The notes: a model not told the origin generated them from the sequence alone. A DNA stretch of 64,000 nt from Micromonospora sonneratiae (GCF_042679305.1 NZ_JBHTMP010000017.1:13551-77550), one strand, 5' to 3'. Positions 1 through 10,451 are shown, counted from the first letter of the stretch. Translations and numbers: made by a program.

Positions 1-1
1 G

Positions 2-2059
2 ATCGACCCGGTCATCGGCCGGGATGCCGAGATCCGTCGGGTCATCCAGGTGCTGTCCCGCCGTACCAAGAACAACCCGGTCCTGATCGGTGAGCCGGGC
101 GTGGGCAAGACCGCCATCGTCGAAGGCCTGGCCCAGCGCATCGTCGCCGGTGACGTGCCCGAGTCGCTGCGCGACAAGAAGCTGGTCTCGCTCGACCTCG
201 GCGCGATGGTGGCCGGCGCACAGTACCGGGGCCAGTTCGAGGAACGACTCAAGTCCGTACTGGAGGAGATCAAGAACTCGGACGGCCAGGTCATCACCTT
301 CCTCGACGAACTGCACACCGTCGTCGGTGCCGGCAAGGGCGAGGGCTCGATGGACGCCGGCAACATGCTCAAGCCGATGCTGGCCCGGGGCGAACTGCGG
401 ATGGTCGGCGCGACCACCCTCGACGAGTACCGCGAGCACATCGAGAAGGACCCGGCGCTGGAGCGCCGGTTCCAGCCGGTGCTGGTCGGGGAGCCGACCA
501 TCGAGGACACCATCGGCATCCTGCGCGGGCTCAAGGAACGCTACGAGGTCCACCACGGCGTACGCATCACCGACGCCGCCCTGGTCGCCGCCGCGTCGCT
601 CTCCGACCGCTACATCACCGACCGATTCCTGCCGGACAAGGCGATCGACCTGGTCGACGAGTCCGCCTCCCGGCTACGGATGGAGATCGACTCGCGTCCG
701 GTCGAGGTGGACGAGATCGAGCGGGCGGTACGCCGGCTGGAGATCGAGGAGATGGCGCTGGCCAAGGAACCGGACCCGGCCTCGGCGGAGCGGCTGACCC
801 GGTTGCGCAAGGAACTGGCCGACAAGCGGGAACAACTCACCGCGCTCAGCGACCGGTGGAAGCTGGAGAAGGACCACATCACCCGCATCTCCACCGCCAA
901 GGAGGAGCTGGAGCGGCTCGGTGGCGAGGCCGAGCGGGCGGAGCGCGACGGCGAACTGGAACGCGCCGCCGAGCTGCGCTACGGCCGGATCCCCGAGTTG
1001 CGGGCCGACCTCCAGCGGGCCGAGGCGGAACTAGCCGGCATCCAGGCCGACGGCGCGATGCTCAAGGAGGAGGTCGGGGCGGACGACATCGCCGCCGTGG
1101 TCGCCTCATGGACCGGCATCCCGGCCGGTCGGCTGATGGAGGGCGAGACTGCCAAGCTGCTGCGGATGGAGTCGTCCCTGGGAGCCCGGGTGATCGGGCA
1201 GGCCGAGGCCGTCGCCGCCGTCTCCGACGCGGTCCGGCGGGCGCGGGCCGGGGTCGCCGACCCGGACCGGCCCACCGGCAGCTTCCTCTTCCTCGGCCCC
1301 ACCGGGGTCGGGAAGACCGAGCTGGGCAAGGCGCTGGCCGAGTTCCTCTTCGACGACGAGCGGGCCATGGTCCGCATCGACATGAGCGAGTACGCCGAGA
1401 AGCACTCGGTGGCCCGGCTCGTCGGTGCCCCGCCCGGCTACGTCGGGTACGAGGAGGGCGGCCAGTTGACCGAGGCGGTACGCCGCCGGCCGTACTCGGT
1501 GATCCTGCTGGACGAGGTGGAGAAGGCCCACCCGGACGTCTTCGACGTGCTGCTGCAGGTCCTCGACGACGGTCGGCTCACCGACGGGCAGGGTCGTACG
1601 GTCGACTTCCGCAACGCGATCCTGATCCTGACCTCGAACCTCGGCTCGGCAGTGATCGCCGACCCCACCCTCTCCGACGAGCAGCGTCGGGACGCGGTGC
1701 TGGCGGTGGTGCGTTCCCACTTCAAGCCGGAGTTCCTCAACCGACTCGACGACATCGTGGTCTTCGCGGCGCTGACCGGTGAGGAGCTGCGTTCCATCGT
1801 GGACATCCAGATCGGTCGGATGCGTCGGCGGTTGGCCGACCGGCGGCTCACCCTGGACGTCTCCGACGATGCCCGCACCTGGCTGGCCGAGCACGGGTAC
1901 GACCCGATCTACGGTGCTCGGCCGCTGCGCCGGCTGGTGCAGTCGGCGATCGGCGACCGGCTGGCCAAGGCGCTGCTCTCCGGTGAGGTGCGTGACGGAG
2001 ACACGGTCCGGGTGGAGTTGGCCGACGGCAAGGACAGCCTGACGGTCGGCGCGGCCTGA
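2..2059 (+). CDS. clpB: ClpB AAA+ disaggregase, 5'-truncated by window edge
   Basis: Frame is open from nt 2 ([47 protein letters not shown]). NBD1 Walker A/B, coiled-coil middle domain, NBD2 Walker [20 protein letters not shown] and GARPLRR are present. Stop at 2057-2059. Confidence 0.96.
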   Translation: MDPVIGRDAEIRRVIQVLSRRTKNNPVLIGEPGVGKTAIVEGLAQRIVAGDVPESLRDKKLVSLDLGAMVAGAQYRGQFEERLKSVLEEIKNSDGQVITFLDELHTVVGAGKGEGSMDAGNMLKPMLARGELRMVGATTLDEYREHIEKDPALERRFQPVLVGEPTIEDTIGILRGLKERYEVHHGVRITDAALVAAASLSDRYITDRFLPDKAIDLVDESASRLRMEIDSRPVEVDEIERAVRRLEIEEMALAKEPDPASAERLTRLRKELADKREQLTALSDRWKLEKDHITRISTAKEELERLGGEAERAERDGELERAAELRYGRIPELRADLQRAEAELAGIQADGAMLKEEVGADDIAAVVASWTGIPAGRLMEGETAKLLRMESSLGARVIGQAEAVAAVSDAVRRARAGVADPDRPTGSFLFLGPTGVGKTELGKALAEFLFDDERAMVRIDMSEYAEKHSVARLVGAPPGYVGYEEGGQLTEAVRRRPYSVILLDEVEKAHPDVFDVLLQVLDDGRLTDGQGRTVDFRNAILILTSNLGSAVIADPTLSDEQRRDAVLAVVRSHFKPEFLNRLDDIVVFAALTGEELRSIVDIQIGRMRRRLADRRLTLDVSDDARTWLAEHGYDPIYGARPLRRLVQSAIGDRLAKALLSGEVRDGDTVRVELADGKDSLTVGAA

Positions 2060-2068
2060 TCGACGGAG

Positions 2069-2113
2069 CACCGGCGTACCTCGGTCCTGGTTCAGGGTCG
2101 AGGTACGCCGGTG
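2069..2113 (+). terminator. Terminator-like hairpin after clpB
   Basis: Perfect 15-bp inverted repeat CACCGGCGTACCTCG / CGAGGTACGCCGGTG with a 15-nt loop, starting 10 nt after the stop. No clear U-tract. Confidence 0.55.
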
Positions 2114-2144
2114 TCGCCATATCGCGGGTGTCGTCATATCACCG

Positions 2145-3164
2145 TTGGCGAATCAATCGGGCGATACCGAAGGTCCAACCAGGACGGTAGCGTCGGGCAC
2201 CGTGAGCCACTCCAATCCAGCGGCCCGGCCACCCCGGCCCTCCAATGTCACCCTCGCCGGCCACCTGCAACTCGCGGCCATGGTGTTGCTGCTGGTCAAC
2301 GTCGGTACACAGATCGCCGGAGCGATCCATTACGACGGCGTGATCGATCGGGCTGGTCGGCTGAGCAGGGTCGACCCGGAGTTGGTGTCGTTGGAGCACG
2401 GCGGCAACGTATTTACCACCGTCGTGGGTACGGTGCTGGCCACCCTGCTGGCGGTGGTGTTTGCGGCCTGCCTCGTGCCACTGCGCCGGGGCAGCAACGT
2501 GGCACGGATACTCATCCTCGTCGCTGCCGGTCTCATCCTGCTGGCCTGCCTCGGCCCGGTCGGGGCCGGCGCGCTGTTCCTGCCGATCGCCTTCATGGCC
2601 TCCCCTTTCCTGGCGGAGGAGCCCTGGTCGGACGTATCGACGCCCGGCGAGACCGAGGCACTGTCCAGGGAGGACGCGTTCTACGAGGCGTTGCTGGACC
2701 CGGCCACCGACCTGTTCCACCTCGGGGTCGGTGCCAGCGCGTTCATCGTTTTCGGTCTGATGGTGGCGGTCGCGGTGCTGGTGCTGCTGCCGTCGGCCAA
2801 CCGCTTCTTCGTACCCCGGCCGGAGGTGCCGGCGTTGCCATGGCCGATGCCGATGCCGATGCCGATGGCTGGCCAGGTCTACTACGGTCACCCGGGTACC
2901 CACTTCCCGCCGGCACATCCGCATCCACAGGGATATCCGTATGTGTTCGTGTACCCGGCCGGGTACTGGCCAGCCGGCGTACCGGGCATGCCAGCCGGCC
3001 CGCAGCCGGACTCGGTCGGCCCGACGGACCCGTCGGACTCGCCCTGGCAACCCGACCCGTCGGACCCGCCCAGCCAGCCGGAACCGGCCGCCCCTGCGAG
3101 CGGACCGGACTCGTCGGGATCCTCATCCTCGGGGGAGGCCTCACCACCGCCGTCCGCCAGCTGA
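2145..3164 (+). CDS. Polytopic membrane protein with Pro-rich C-terminal tail, function unknown
   Basis: Several hydrophobic helices (LQLAAMVLLLVNVGTQIAG, ILILVAAGLILLACLGPVGAGALFLPIAF), a PMPMPMPM run and a P/S/D-rich tail. Start uncertain (TTG 2145 or GTG 2202). Confidence 0.6.
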   Translation: MANQSGDTEGPTRTVASGTVSHSNPAARPPRPSNVTLAGHLQLAAMVLLLVNVGTQIAGAIHYDGVIDRAGRLSRVDPELVSLEHGGNVFTTVVGTVLATLLAVVFAACLVPLRRGSNVARILILVAAGLILLACLGPVGAGALFLPIAFMASPFLAEEPWSDVSTPGETEALSREDAFYEALLDPATDLFHLGVGASAFIVFGLMVAVAVLVLLPSANRFFVPRPEVPALPWPMPMPMPMAGQVYYGHPGTHFPPAHPHPQGYPYVFVYPAGYWPAGVPGMPAGPQPDSVGPTDPSDSPWQPDPSDPPSQPEPAAPASGPDSSGSSSSGEASPPPSAS

Positions 3165-3245
3165 CCTGGTCGACCCTTGCCGGGATGCGGCCGTGCACAC
3201 GTTTGTTACCGTCACCGGCCGATCGGGTTGGAGAGGACGGGGCGA

Positions 3246-3902
3246 ATGAACGGCACGCTGGCGTACGTCGTGGTCACGCTGAGTTGTCTTGTCGCGGTTG
3301 CCGGGGTGGTGGTGGCCGTCCTCGCCGTACGGGCGGCCCGGAAGAAGGCGGAGCAGGCCGCCAAGGCGACGAAGACGCCGGCCGACCCGTTCCGGTCCGC
3401 CGACGATGACGCCGACGCGCTGCGGGGGGATCCACGACGGCTACAGCCCGGCGACATCGTGGAGATCCGGCACACGTCGTACGGCGTGCGCGGCACACTA
3501 CGCTTCACCGAGGGGGACTGGAGCTGGACCGAGCACCTGCTCGACGACGCCGGTGGCACGAAGCGCTGGCTCTCCGTCGAGGAGGATCCCGACCTGGAGC
3601 TGGTGCTCTGGACCGAGGAGCCGGCAGCGACGGTGACCCCCGGCAAGCCCACCATCAACTTCGACGGGCGGCGCTTCACCCGCAAGGAGTCGGGCCGGGC
3701 CCGGTACACCGCCATCGGCACCACCGGGCTCAACCCGACCGGCACCGTGGCCTACCACGACTACACGGCCGGCGAGGCGCGGCTGTCGTTCGAGTCGTAC
3801 GGCGACAGCGGCAAGTGGGAGGTGGGCCGGGGCGAGCGGCTGCATCGGGCCGAGGTGCAGATCTACCCACAGGCCGGCCAACCTGGCAAGGTCATCAGCT
3901 GA
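3246..3902 (+). CDS. DUF4178-like protein with N-terminal TM anchor
   Basis: ATG 3246 follows GGAGAGGA. TM helix AYVVVTLSCLVAVAGVVVAVLAV, then GDIVEIRHTSYGVRGTLRFTEGDWSWTEHLLDDAGGTKRWLSVEED, which matches the DUF4178 pattern as I recall it. The stop overlaps the next start (TGATG). Confidence 0.75.
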   Translation: MNGTLAYVVVTLSCLVAVAGVVVAVLAVRAARKKAEQAAKATKTPADPFRSADDDADALRGDPRRLQPGDIVEIRHTSYGVRGTLRFTEGDWSWTEHLLDDAGGTKRWLSVEEDPDLELVLWTEEPAATVTPGKPTINFDGRRFTRKESGRARYTAIGTTGLNPTGTVAYHDYTAGEARLSFESYGDSGKWEVGRGERLHRAEVQIYPQAGQPGKVIS

Positions 3903-4474
3903 TGCTCGTCACCCTCGACGCCCCGTACGCCGACACCTCGGCCGCCGACCTCAGCTTCGCGCTCGAATCGGCCGAGCGGCCGGCCCTGTACGTGCTCGAC
4001 CTCGTCCTGCCTACGACGACGTCGGCCGACCCCGCAGGAAGCCAGCCCTCCGACCCCGCAGGGAGCCAGCCCTCCGGCGACGACGGGGTACGGCTGCGGC
4101 TGCGGCTGCTCGGGGCCTCACACCAGGTGACGGTGAGCGCCTCCGGTCTCGACTTCGTCGAGACTGTCGCCTGTCTGCCCGGTCGGCAACCCGACCTGCC
4201 CGCCACGGTGGAGGACGCCGCCACCGGCTACCGGTTCACCGCGCGGGTGCTGCGCCTGAACAGCGCGGAACTGGCCGCCCGGTCCGCCGCACTGCGACAG
4301 GAACTCGCCGACGACCCGTACGCGTTGGTCGGGGTCTTCCCCGGCGGGCCGGACGCGATCACCGCGTTGCAGGCCGGAGTCCATGCTGGGGCCGGGATCG
4401 GCTGGCGGACCTGGCATGCCTATCCACAAACCGGAGAACTCGTCGAAACCGAAACGACGGTGAGGATGCGATGA
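3902..4474 (+). CDS. Conserved hypothetical protein (DUF2617-like)
   Basis: ATG 3902 overlaps the upstream stop. Begins MLVTLDAPYADTSAADLSFAL. Contains an in-frame 24-bp tandem duplication (DPAGSQPS x2, 4028-4075). The family label is from memory. Confidence 0.6.
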   Translation: MLVTLDAPYADTSAADLSFALESAERPALYVLDLVLPTTTSADPAGSQPSDPAGSQPSGDDGVRLRLRLLGASHQVTVSASGLDFVETVACLPGRQPDLPATVEDAATGYRFTARVLRLNSAELAARSAALRQELADDPYALVGVFPGGPDAITALQAGVHAGAGIGWRTWHAYPQTGELVETETTVRMR

Positions 4475-4896
4475 CGTACCGCAGATGGTTCATCATAGGT
4501 GGGGTGTTTGCGCTGGTCGGAGCGCTGGTGGCGAGCTTCGCCATCTTCTACGGCAGCTTCTCACCGCGCGGCTATGTCAAGGATCGGTACACCCGGGCGG
4601 CGTCCCAGGACATCGGCCAGCAGGCCATGGCGTACACCTCCCGGAAGTCGCCCAGCGCGGTGGCCGCCGAGGTCACCAAGGCCTGGAAGCCCGCCGACCA
4701 GTACGTCGACGGCAGCGGCGTGTACCTGCGCTACGACGACGACTCGGTGGTGATCCTCCCGACCGCCGCCGGCTCGCTGATCCTGTTGGAACGGATGACG
4801 ACCGCCTACCCGCGCTACCGCAGCACCGTCGGTAACTCCTGGGGTTGGGGTCGGGGCACCACGGTCCGGGGCGGTGGCCCCGGCTCAGGCAAGTAG
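4471..4896 (+). CDS. Membrane-anchored protein (DUF4247-like)
   Basis: ATGA overlap with the upstream stop. N-terminal TM WFIIGGVFALVGALVASFAIFYG and a Gly-rich C-terminus. Confidence 0.65.
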   Translation: MTYRRWFIIGGVFALVGALVASFAIFYGSFSPRGYVKDRYTRAASQDIGQQAMAYTSRKSPSAVAAEVTKAWKPADQYVDGSGVYLRYDDDSVVILPTAAGSLILLERMTTAYPRYRSTVGNSWGWGRGTTVRGGGPGSGK

Positions 4897-4951
4897 TCCG
4901 GGCGGCAGCCCGTCACCCCCTCAACACCCCTCACCCTTGGAGTCGAAGTTG

Positions 4952-5371
4952 ATGACCCTCGCCACCGACCTGCTGGTCACCCTCGCGTACGGCGTGGTCG
5001 GCGTCCTGCTCATGGGGATCGGCTACGTCCTGGTCGACGTCGCCACCCCGGGCCGGCTACGGGAACTGATCTGGGTCGACCGGAACCGTAACGCCGCACT
5101 GTTGCTGGCCTCCAACCTGCTCGGCGTCGGCATCATCGTGGTCGCCGCCATCGTCAGCAGTGCGGACGACTTCGTCGCCGGGATCATCGGCAGCGCCGCG
5201 TACGGCATCCTCGGTCTGGTCATCATGTCCGCCGCGTTCCTGCTGCTCGACCTGGCCACCCCGGGCCGGCTGGGTGAGATCCTGGTCGACCCGGAGCCGC
5301 ACCCGGCGGTCTGGGTCTCCGCAGTGATCCACCTCGCCACCGGTGCCGTCGTCGCCGCGGCGATAAGTTGA
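4952..5371 (+). CDS. DUF350 (YjfL-like) integral membrane protein
   Basis: ATG 4952 follows GGAG. Two internal repeats each end in D(V/L)ATPGRL(R/G)E, typical of the DUF350 duplicated TM hairpin. Confidence 0.75.
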   Translation: MTLATDLLVTLAYGVVGVLLMGIGYVLVDVATPGRLRELIWVDRNRNAALLLASNLLGVGIIVVAAIVSSADDFVAGIIGSAAYGILGLVIMSAAFLLLDLATPGRLGEILVDPEPHPAVWVSAVIHLATGAVVAAAIS

Positions 5372-6198
5372 TGGCGGTCAAGAAGGGCGCTGCGGCGACG
5401 AAGGCCGCAGGCAAGAACGAGGGCTGGAAGGCCTTCGGCTGGATCATGGGCGTTACGGCGGCCATCATCGCCGGCATCCTCGTCTTCTCGGACACGGACA
5501 ACGACACCATGGTGCCCGCGCCGACCGCCACCGAGCGCACCGACACGGTCGCGATCCTCACCCGGGCCAGCCAGGCACAGAACATCTGCTACGGCTGGCA
5601 ACTGGAGGGCGGCTACCGCAGCGACGCGGTCAGCGTCGGCTCCAACCTCGGTGACAACGTGCCGGTCGACGAGGACCCGACCCGCTGCCCGCGCTGGATC
5701 CTGGTCACCGCCGACGTCAACTACACGTCGGAGAGCAGCGAGAGCAACGACTGGGTCTACGTCAACGTGAGAAGCTCCAGCGACCTTTCGACGATCGGCT
5801 TCACGGCCGGGTTGGAGCAGCTCGGGGTCGACGACGACGCCTTCCTCGACGAGCCGGGCTGGGCCATCACCCGGGCCGCCGTCTTCCTACCGCTGCTGGC
5901 GGCCGAGCATGGGCTGGCTGAGCCCGTACCGGTCGTCACGGCGGATCCCGACCCCACCGCGTCGGTTCCGCCGCTACCCGCCGCAGGCAACGACTTCCTG
6001 CGCGACCGCTGGGCCTACCTGCTCGGCGTGGCAGGCCTACTGCTCGTCACGGTGCTGTTCGTGACGATCGGACTGGTGCAGCGCCGGCGTCGGTCGGCCG
6101 AACTCGTCGCCGCCGAACGTCGTGCCGCGTTGATCGCCGAGCGGCGGGCCAGCCGTGCTGGCGGATCAACGTTCTCCCAGAGCAAACGGAAGAAATGA
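5371..6198 (+). CDS. Two-TM membrane protein, function unknown
   Basis: ATG 5371 overlaps the DUF350 stop (TGATG). N-terminal TM WIMGVTAAIIAGILVF, a central extracytoplasmic region, C-terminal TM LLGVAGLLLVTVLFVTIGLV and a basic tail. Confidence 0.65.
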   Translation: MAVKKGAAATKAAGKNEGWKAFGWIMGVTAAIIAGILVFSDTDNDTMVPAPTATERTDTVAILTRASQAQNICYGWQLEGGYRSDAVSVGSNLGDNVPVDEDPTRCPRWILVTADVNYTSESSESNDWVYVNVRSSSDLSTIGFTAGLEQLGVDDDAFLDEPGWAITRAAVFLPLLAAEHGLAEPVPVVTADPDPTASVPPLPAAGNDFLRDRWAYLLGVAGLLLVTVLFVTIGLVQRRRRSAELVAAERRAALIAERRASRAGGSTFSQSKRKK

Positions 6199-7778
6199 CC
6201 ACCACCACCTCACCCCCTGCCCCACCGACCGTCCCCCGCTGGCGGCTGGCCCGCGCCTCCGTACTGGTCGCGGTCTTCGTCTGTGCCGCCTGCGGGCTGG
6301 TCTACGAACTCGCCCTGGTCGCGCTCGGCAGCTACCTGATCGGCGACACGGTGGGGCAGGCCTCCATCGTGCTCGGCGTGATGGTCTTCGCGATGGGTGT
6401 CGGCGCGCTGGCCGCCAAACCCTTCCAGTCGAAGGCCGCTGCCGCGTTCGCGGCCGTGGAACTCACCCTCGCGTTGCTCGGCGGACTCTCCGTGCTCGGG
6501 CTCTACGCCGCCTTCGCCTGGCTCGACCTCTACGCCCCCGCGCTGGTCGCCACCGCGTTCGTACTCGGCCTGCTGATCGGTGCGGAGATTCCGCTGCTGA
6601 TGGTGCTCCTCCAGCGCATCCGTGAGCAGTCCGCCGGCAGCGCGGTCGCGGACCTGTTCGCCGCCGACTACGTCGGTGCCCTCCTCGGTGGGCTGGCCTT
6701 CCCGTTCCTGCTGATGCCCGTCTTCGGGCAACTACGCGGCGCGCTGGTCGTCGGCGCGGTGAACGCGATCGCCGGACTCGCCCTGGTCTTCACCGTCTTC
6801 CGGAAGGACCTGAGCCGCCGGGCACGTACCGTGCTCACCGCCGGCTCCGTCGTGGTCATGGTCTGCCTCGGGTACGCCTACGCGGTGGCGCACGACTTCG
6901 AGGTGACCGCACGTCAGCAGCTCTACCGTGATCCGGTGGTGCACGCCGAGCGCAGCCGCTACCAGGAGATCGTGCTGACCCGGTCGGTTCCGATGGTCTC
7001 GCAGGGCGTCACCGACCTGCGCCTCTACCTGAACGGGGACCTCCAGTTCAGCTCCGTCGACGAGTACCGCTACCACGAGGCGATCGTGCACCCGGTGCTG
7101 CGTGGCACCCGGGGATCGGTGCTGGTGCTCGGCGGTGGTGACGGGCTGGCCGTACGGGAGGTGCTGCGCTACCCCGACGTGAACTCGGTGACCGTGGTCG
7201 AGCTGGACCCGGCGGTGGTGCAGTTGGCCCGGACCGAGCCGCAGCTGCGCACCCTCAACCGTGGGGCGTTCGACGACCCCCGGGTACGCCTGGTGCACAC
7301 CGACGCCTTCGGCTGGCTGCGGGAGGTACGTGAGCGGTTCGACGCCGTCATCGTGGACCTGCCGGACCCGGACGAGACCGCCACCGCGAAGCTCTACTCG
7401 ATCGAGTTCTACACGCTGGTCCGGGCGGTGCTGGCCGACGGGGCGCGGATGGTGGTGCAGTCCGGCTCGCCCTACTTCGCGCCCCGGTCGTACTGGTGCA
7501 TCGAGCAGTCGATCCGTGCCGCCGGTTTCGCCACCACCCCGTACCACGTGGACGTGCCGTCCTTCGGCGACTGGGGCTTCCATCTCGCGAGCGCGGGTCC
7601 GGCCGCACCGGCGCTCGGCCTACCCGCCGACGTGCCGCAGTTGCGCTATCTCGACGCCGGCACGCTCGAAGCCGCCACCCACTTCCCGCCGGACCGGTCG
7701 CGGGTCGACGTGCCAGCCTCGACGCTGCTGCACCCCCGGGTGCTGGAGTTCGCCCGCGCCGAGTGGCGTAGCTACTGA
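6195..7778 (+). CDS. speE: Polyamine aminopropyltransferase (spermidine-synthase-like) fused to an N-terminal multi-TM domain
   Basis: ATGA overlap with the upstream gene. About 200 aa of TM helices precede the SpeE core: YQEIVLT, LYLNGDLQFSSVDEYRYHEAIVHPVL, VLVLGGGDGLAVREVL, VVELDP, VIVDLPDP. Architecture resembles mycobacterial membrane-type SpeE. Confidence 0.85.
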   Translation: MTTTTSPPAPPTVPRWRLARASVLVAVFVCAACGLVYELALVALGSYLIGDTVGQASIVLGVMVFAMGVGALAAKPFQSKAAAAFAAVELTLALLGGLSVLGLYAAFAWLDLYAPALVATAFVLGLLIGAEIPLLMVLLQRIREQSAGSAVADLFAADYVGALLGGLAFPFLLMPVFGQLRGALVVGAVNAIAGLALVFTVFRKDLSRRARTVLTAGSVVVMVCLGYAYAVAHDFEVTARQQLYRDPVVHAERSRYQEIVLTRSVPMVSQGVTDLRLYLNGDLQFSSVDEYRYHEAIVHPVLRGTRGSVLVLGGGDGLAVREVLRYPDVNSVTVVELDPAVVQLARTEPQLRTLNRGAFDDPRVRLVHTDAFGWLREVRERFDAVIVDLPDPDETATAKLYSIEFYTLVRAVLADGARMVVQSGSPYFAPRSYWCIEQSIRAAGFATTPYHVDVPSFGDWGFHLASAGPAAPALGLPADVPQLRYLDAGTLEAATHFPPDRSRVDVPASTLLHPRVLEFARAEWRSY

Positions 7779-7922
7779 CCTGCGTGTCATTACCACAACG
7801 ACGTGGTGGTTCGGGTCGTCACGCTAGCGACGTGCAGATACGGTGAGTTCTCGTCACAAGGGCAACATCAGAGGCAAGGGTCCGGCGGTCCGGTTGGCGG
7901 GCAGCCCTACGGAAGGAGCACC

Positions 7923-8678
7923 GTGTCGGTTCCGATGAGTCCGGTTGCGCCGGCGGGCGGGCAGCGCCCGGGCGTCGTCAGCATTTCCAGCTATCTACTT
8001 TTCCTGGTCGCCGGGTTGCAGGTGCTCGGGCTCATCATGGCGCTGATGGTGATGAGCACCTTCAACGAGGTCTACGAGGAGCTGTACGCCGGTACCGAGA
8101 TCGCCGATGCGGCCACCACGATCGCCACGATCACCCTGATCGGTACGTCGATCGTCAGCCTGCTCATCGCGGCGGGTCTGGTGCTGCTGGCCATCTTCAA
8201 CCTCAAGGGCAAGAACCCGTCCCGGATCGTGACCTGGGTCGTGGGCGGCATCTTCGTCTGCTGCTCCGGCTTCGGACTGCTGGGGTCGGCCGTCGGCGGC
8301 ATGATGCCCACGGAGACGGGTGGCACCACGACCGGGCCGGATCCGGCCGAGGTCCAGGAGGTCCTGTCCGACCGGCTGCCCGGCTTCTACGAGCCGCTCA
8401 GCCTCGCCATCAACGTGATTACGGTGATCGCGCTGCTGGTGTCGCTGATCCTGCTGGCCCTGCCCGCCGCCAACGAGTACTTCCGTAAGCCCCAGGCTGC
8501 CGGCTGGGAGCCGCCGGTACCGGGTGCCGCCTACCCGGGATACCCACAGGCGCAGCAGCCGTACCAGACCGAACAGCCGCCGTACCCGGGCCAGCAGCCG
8601 CCGTACCCCGGCGGGCAGCAGCCGCCGTACCCGGGTGGGCAGCAGCCGCCGTACCCGCCGGCACCGCCGGCGAGCTGA
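7923..8678 (+). CDS. Membrane protein with (Q)QPPYPG repeat tail
   Basis: GTG 7923 lies 6 nt after GGAAGGAG. Four TM helices. C-terminus reads QQPYQTEQPPYPGQQPPYPGGQQPPYPGGQQPPYPPAPPAS. Confidence 0.6.
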   Translation: MSVPMSPVAPAGGQRPGVVSISSYLLFLVAGLQVLGLIMALMVMSTFNEVYEELYAGTEIADAATTIATITLIGTSIVSLLIAAGLVLLAIFNLKGKNPSRIVTWVVGGIFVCCSGFGLLGSAVGGMMPTETGGTTTGPDPAEVQEVLSDRLPGFYEPLSLAINVITVIALLVSLILLALPAANEYFRKPQAAGWEPPVPGAAYPGYPQAQQPYQTEQPPYPGQQPPYPGGQQPPYPGGQQPPYPPAPPAS

Positions 8679-8700
8679 TCGCAAAAGGTAGATCGTCGCG

Positions 8701-8750
8701 GATCCCCCCGAGTAGGTTCCAGTATCCAGGGACACTCGGGGGGATCTTTC
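8701..8750 (+). terminator. Intrinsic terminator
   Basis: Perfect 13-bp stem GATCCCCCCGAGT / ACTCGGGGGGATC followed by TTTC, 22 nt after the stop at 8678. Confidence 0.6.
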
Positions 8751-8801
8751 AATTCGCGTATCCACCCCGGCCATCGACCGCGCCGACCTGAGGAGACCGC
8801 C

Positions 8802-9653
8802 GTGTCCACAGCGCCCGACCCGCACCGCGCCGATCCCGACCCGGCTGCGCCGTACCCGCCGTCGCCGGGTTCGGGACGACGGGCGATCATCACCGGGGCG
8901 ACGGCCGGGATCGGCGCGGCGTTCGCCCGGCGGCTGGCCCAGGACGGCTGTCGGCTCGTCCTCGTTGCCCGGGACGAGCAGCGGCTGGCCGAGTCGGCGG
9001 CGGAGCTGTCCGACCGCTACGGCGCTACGGTGACCGTGCTTCCGGCGGATCTGTCCACTGACGAAGGCTGTGCAGCGGTCGAGGAGCAGCTCCGCGAGCC
9101 GGTGGATCTGTTGGTCAACAACGCCGGCATCAGCCTCAACCGCTCGTTCCTGCGCTCGACCGTGGCGGACGAGACGCGGCTGCTGCGGCTCAACGTGCAC
9201 GCGGTCATGCGGCTGACCCTCGCCGTACTGCCCGGCATGGTCGATCGTCGACATGGGGCAGTGATAAATGTCTCTTCGGTTGCTGGCTTCGGCGCACTGA
9301 TGCCCGGATCGACCTACCCGGCCAGCAAGGCATGGGTGACAAATTTCAGCGAGTCGATGGCCCAGTCGGTACGACGCTACGGCGTACGGGTGATGGCGCT
9401 CTGCCCCGGCTACACCCGTACGGAGTTTCACGACCGGGCCGGCATCAACATGTCGAAGACGCCCGGGTGGATGTGGCTGCGGGCCGATGACGTGGTCCGG
9501 GATGCCCTACGTGACCTGGGGAAAGGCAAAATCGTCAGCGTTCCCGACTGGAAGTACAAGGTCGCCGTCTTCGGTATGCGGCACACGCCGGGCGGGCTGC
9601 TGCGGGCGGTCGGACGCAAGGGCCGGGGACGGCTCGGACGTGAGGAACGGTGA
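8802..9653 (+). CDS. Short-chain dehydrogenase/reductase (SDR)
   Basis: Cofactor motif ITGATAGIGAAF, NNAG, and catalytic S...YPASK. Confidence 0.85.
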   Translation: MSTAPDPHRADPDPAAPYPPSPGSGRRAIITGATAGIGAAFARRLAQDGCRLVLVARDEQRLAESAAELSDRYGATVTVLPADLSTDEGCAAVEEQLREPVDLLVNNAGISLNRSFLRSTVADETRLLRLNVHAVMRLTLAVLPGMVDRRHGAVINVSSVAGFGALMPGSTYPASKAWVTNFSESMAQSVRRYGVRVMALCPGYTRTEFHDRAGINMSKTPGWMWLRADDVVRDALRDLGKGKIVSVPDWKYKVAVFGMRHTPGGLLRAVGRKGRGRLGREER

Positions 9654-9854
9654 TCCGACAACTGTTCGACAAATCTGTTCGCAGCCGGTTTTCCGGTCGT
9701 GCAGACGGGACGGTGGGCCCCACGTTGGAACCGGTTGGATTGATACGGAGAGTAGTCGGATAGGGCTGTCTCTGACCCTTCCGCAGCCGTGCCAGTCCGT
9801 ATCTGCCCGGGTCATCCGTTCGGTCAATAGAGTCGCGCAGTACCCTTGTCCGCC

Positions 9855-10394
9855 ATGGGGGACCACGACGACCTGCGTAAATTCATCACTGACCTAGCTG
9901 TTGTACATGGACGGGTGGTGTTGTCGTCAGGTCGAGAAGCGGACTGGTACGTCGATCTGCGTCGCGTGACGCTCCATCACGCGGCGGCACCGTTGGTTGG
10001 TCGGGTACTCCTCGACCTCACCTCAGACTGGGAGTACGACGCGGTCGGTGGCCTGACGCTGGGCGCCGACCCGGTAGCCCTCTCGATGCTGCACGCGGCT
10101 TCCGCGACGCGGCCTGGGCTGGACGCCTTTGTGGTACGTAAATCAGAGAAGACGCACGGGTTGCAGCGTCGGATCGAAGGCCCGAATGTGGCCGGCCGCC
10201 GGGTGTTGGCGGTGGAAGATACCTCGACAACGGGGGGCAGTGTCCTCACCGCCGTCGAGGCGTTGCAAGAGGCCGGGGCCGAAGTCGTGGGTGTTGCGGT
10301 TATTGTTGATCGTGGCGCCGGCGACGCGGTGCGAGCCGCCGGATTGCCGTACCGGGCGGCCTATACGTTGGCTGACCTCGGCCTTGTGGCCTAA
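9855..10394 (+). CDS. pyrE: Orotate phosphoribosyltransferase
   Basis: LSSGREADWYVDLR, plus the PRPP-binding loop VLAVEDTSTTGGS. ATG 9855 preferred over TTG 9846. Confidence 0.9.
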   Translation: MGDHDDLRKFITDLAVVHGRVVLSSGREADWYVDLRRVTLHHAAAPLVGRVLLDLTSDWEYDAVGGLTLGADPVALSMLHAASATRPGLDAFVVRKSEKTHGLQRRIEGPNVAGRRVLAVEDTSTTGGSVLTAVEALQEAGAEVVGVAVIVDRGAGDAVRAAGLPYRAAYTLADLGLVA

Positions 10395-10451
10395 AAATTT
10401 GCCGATTCGGATCTGCTGATATGCAGGCGGGTCGATGCTGCTGGTGGAAGG

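Noticed and set aside
9654-9854. 200-nt lower-GC leader upstream of pyrE with CTGTTCG repeated, considered as an attenuator or ncRNA
   Set aside because: I could see no convincing terminator/antiterminator pair and no known motif. It is most simply the pyrE promoter region.
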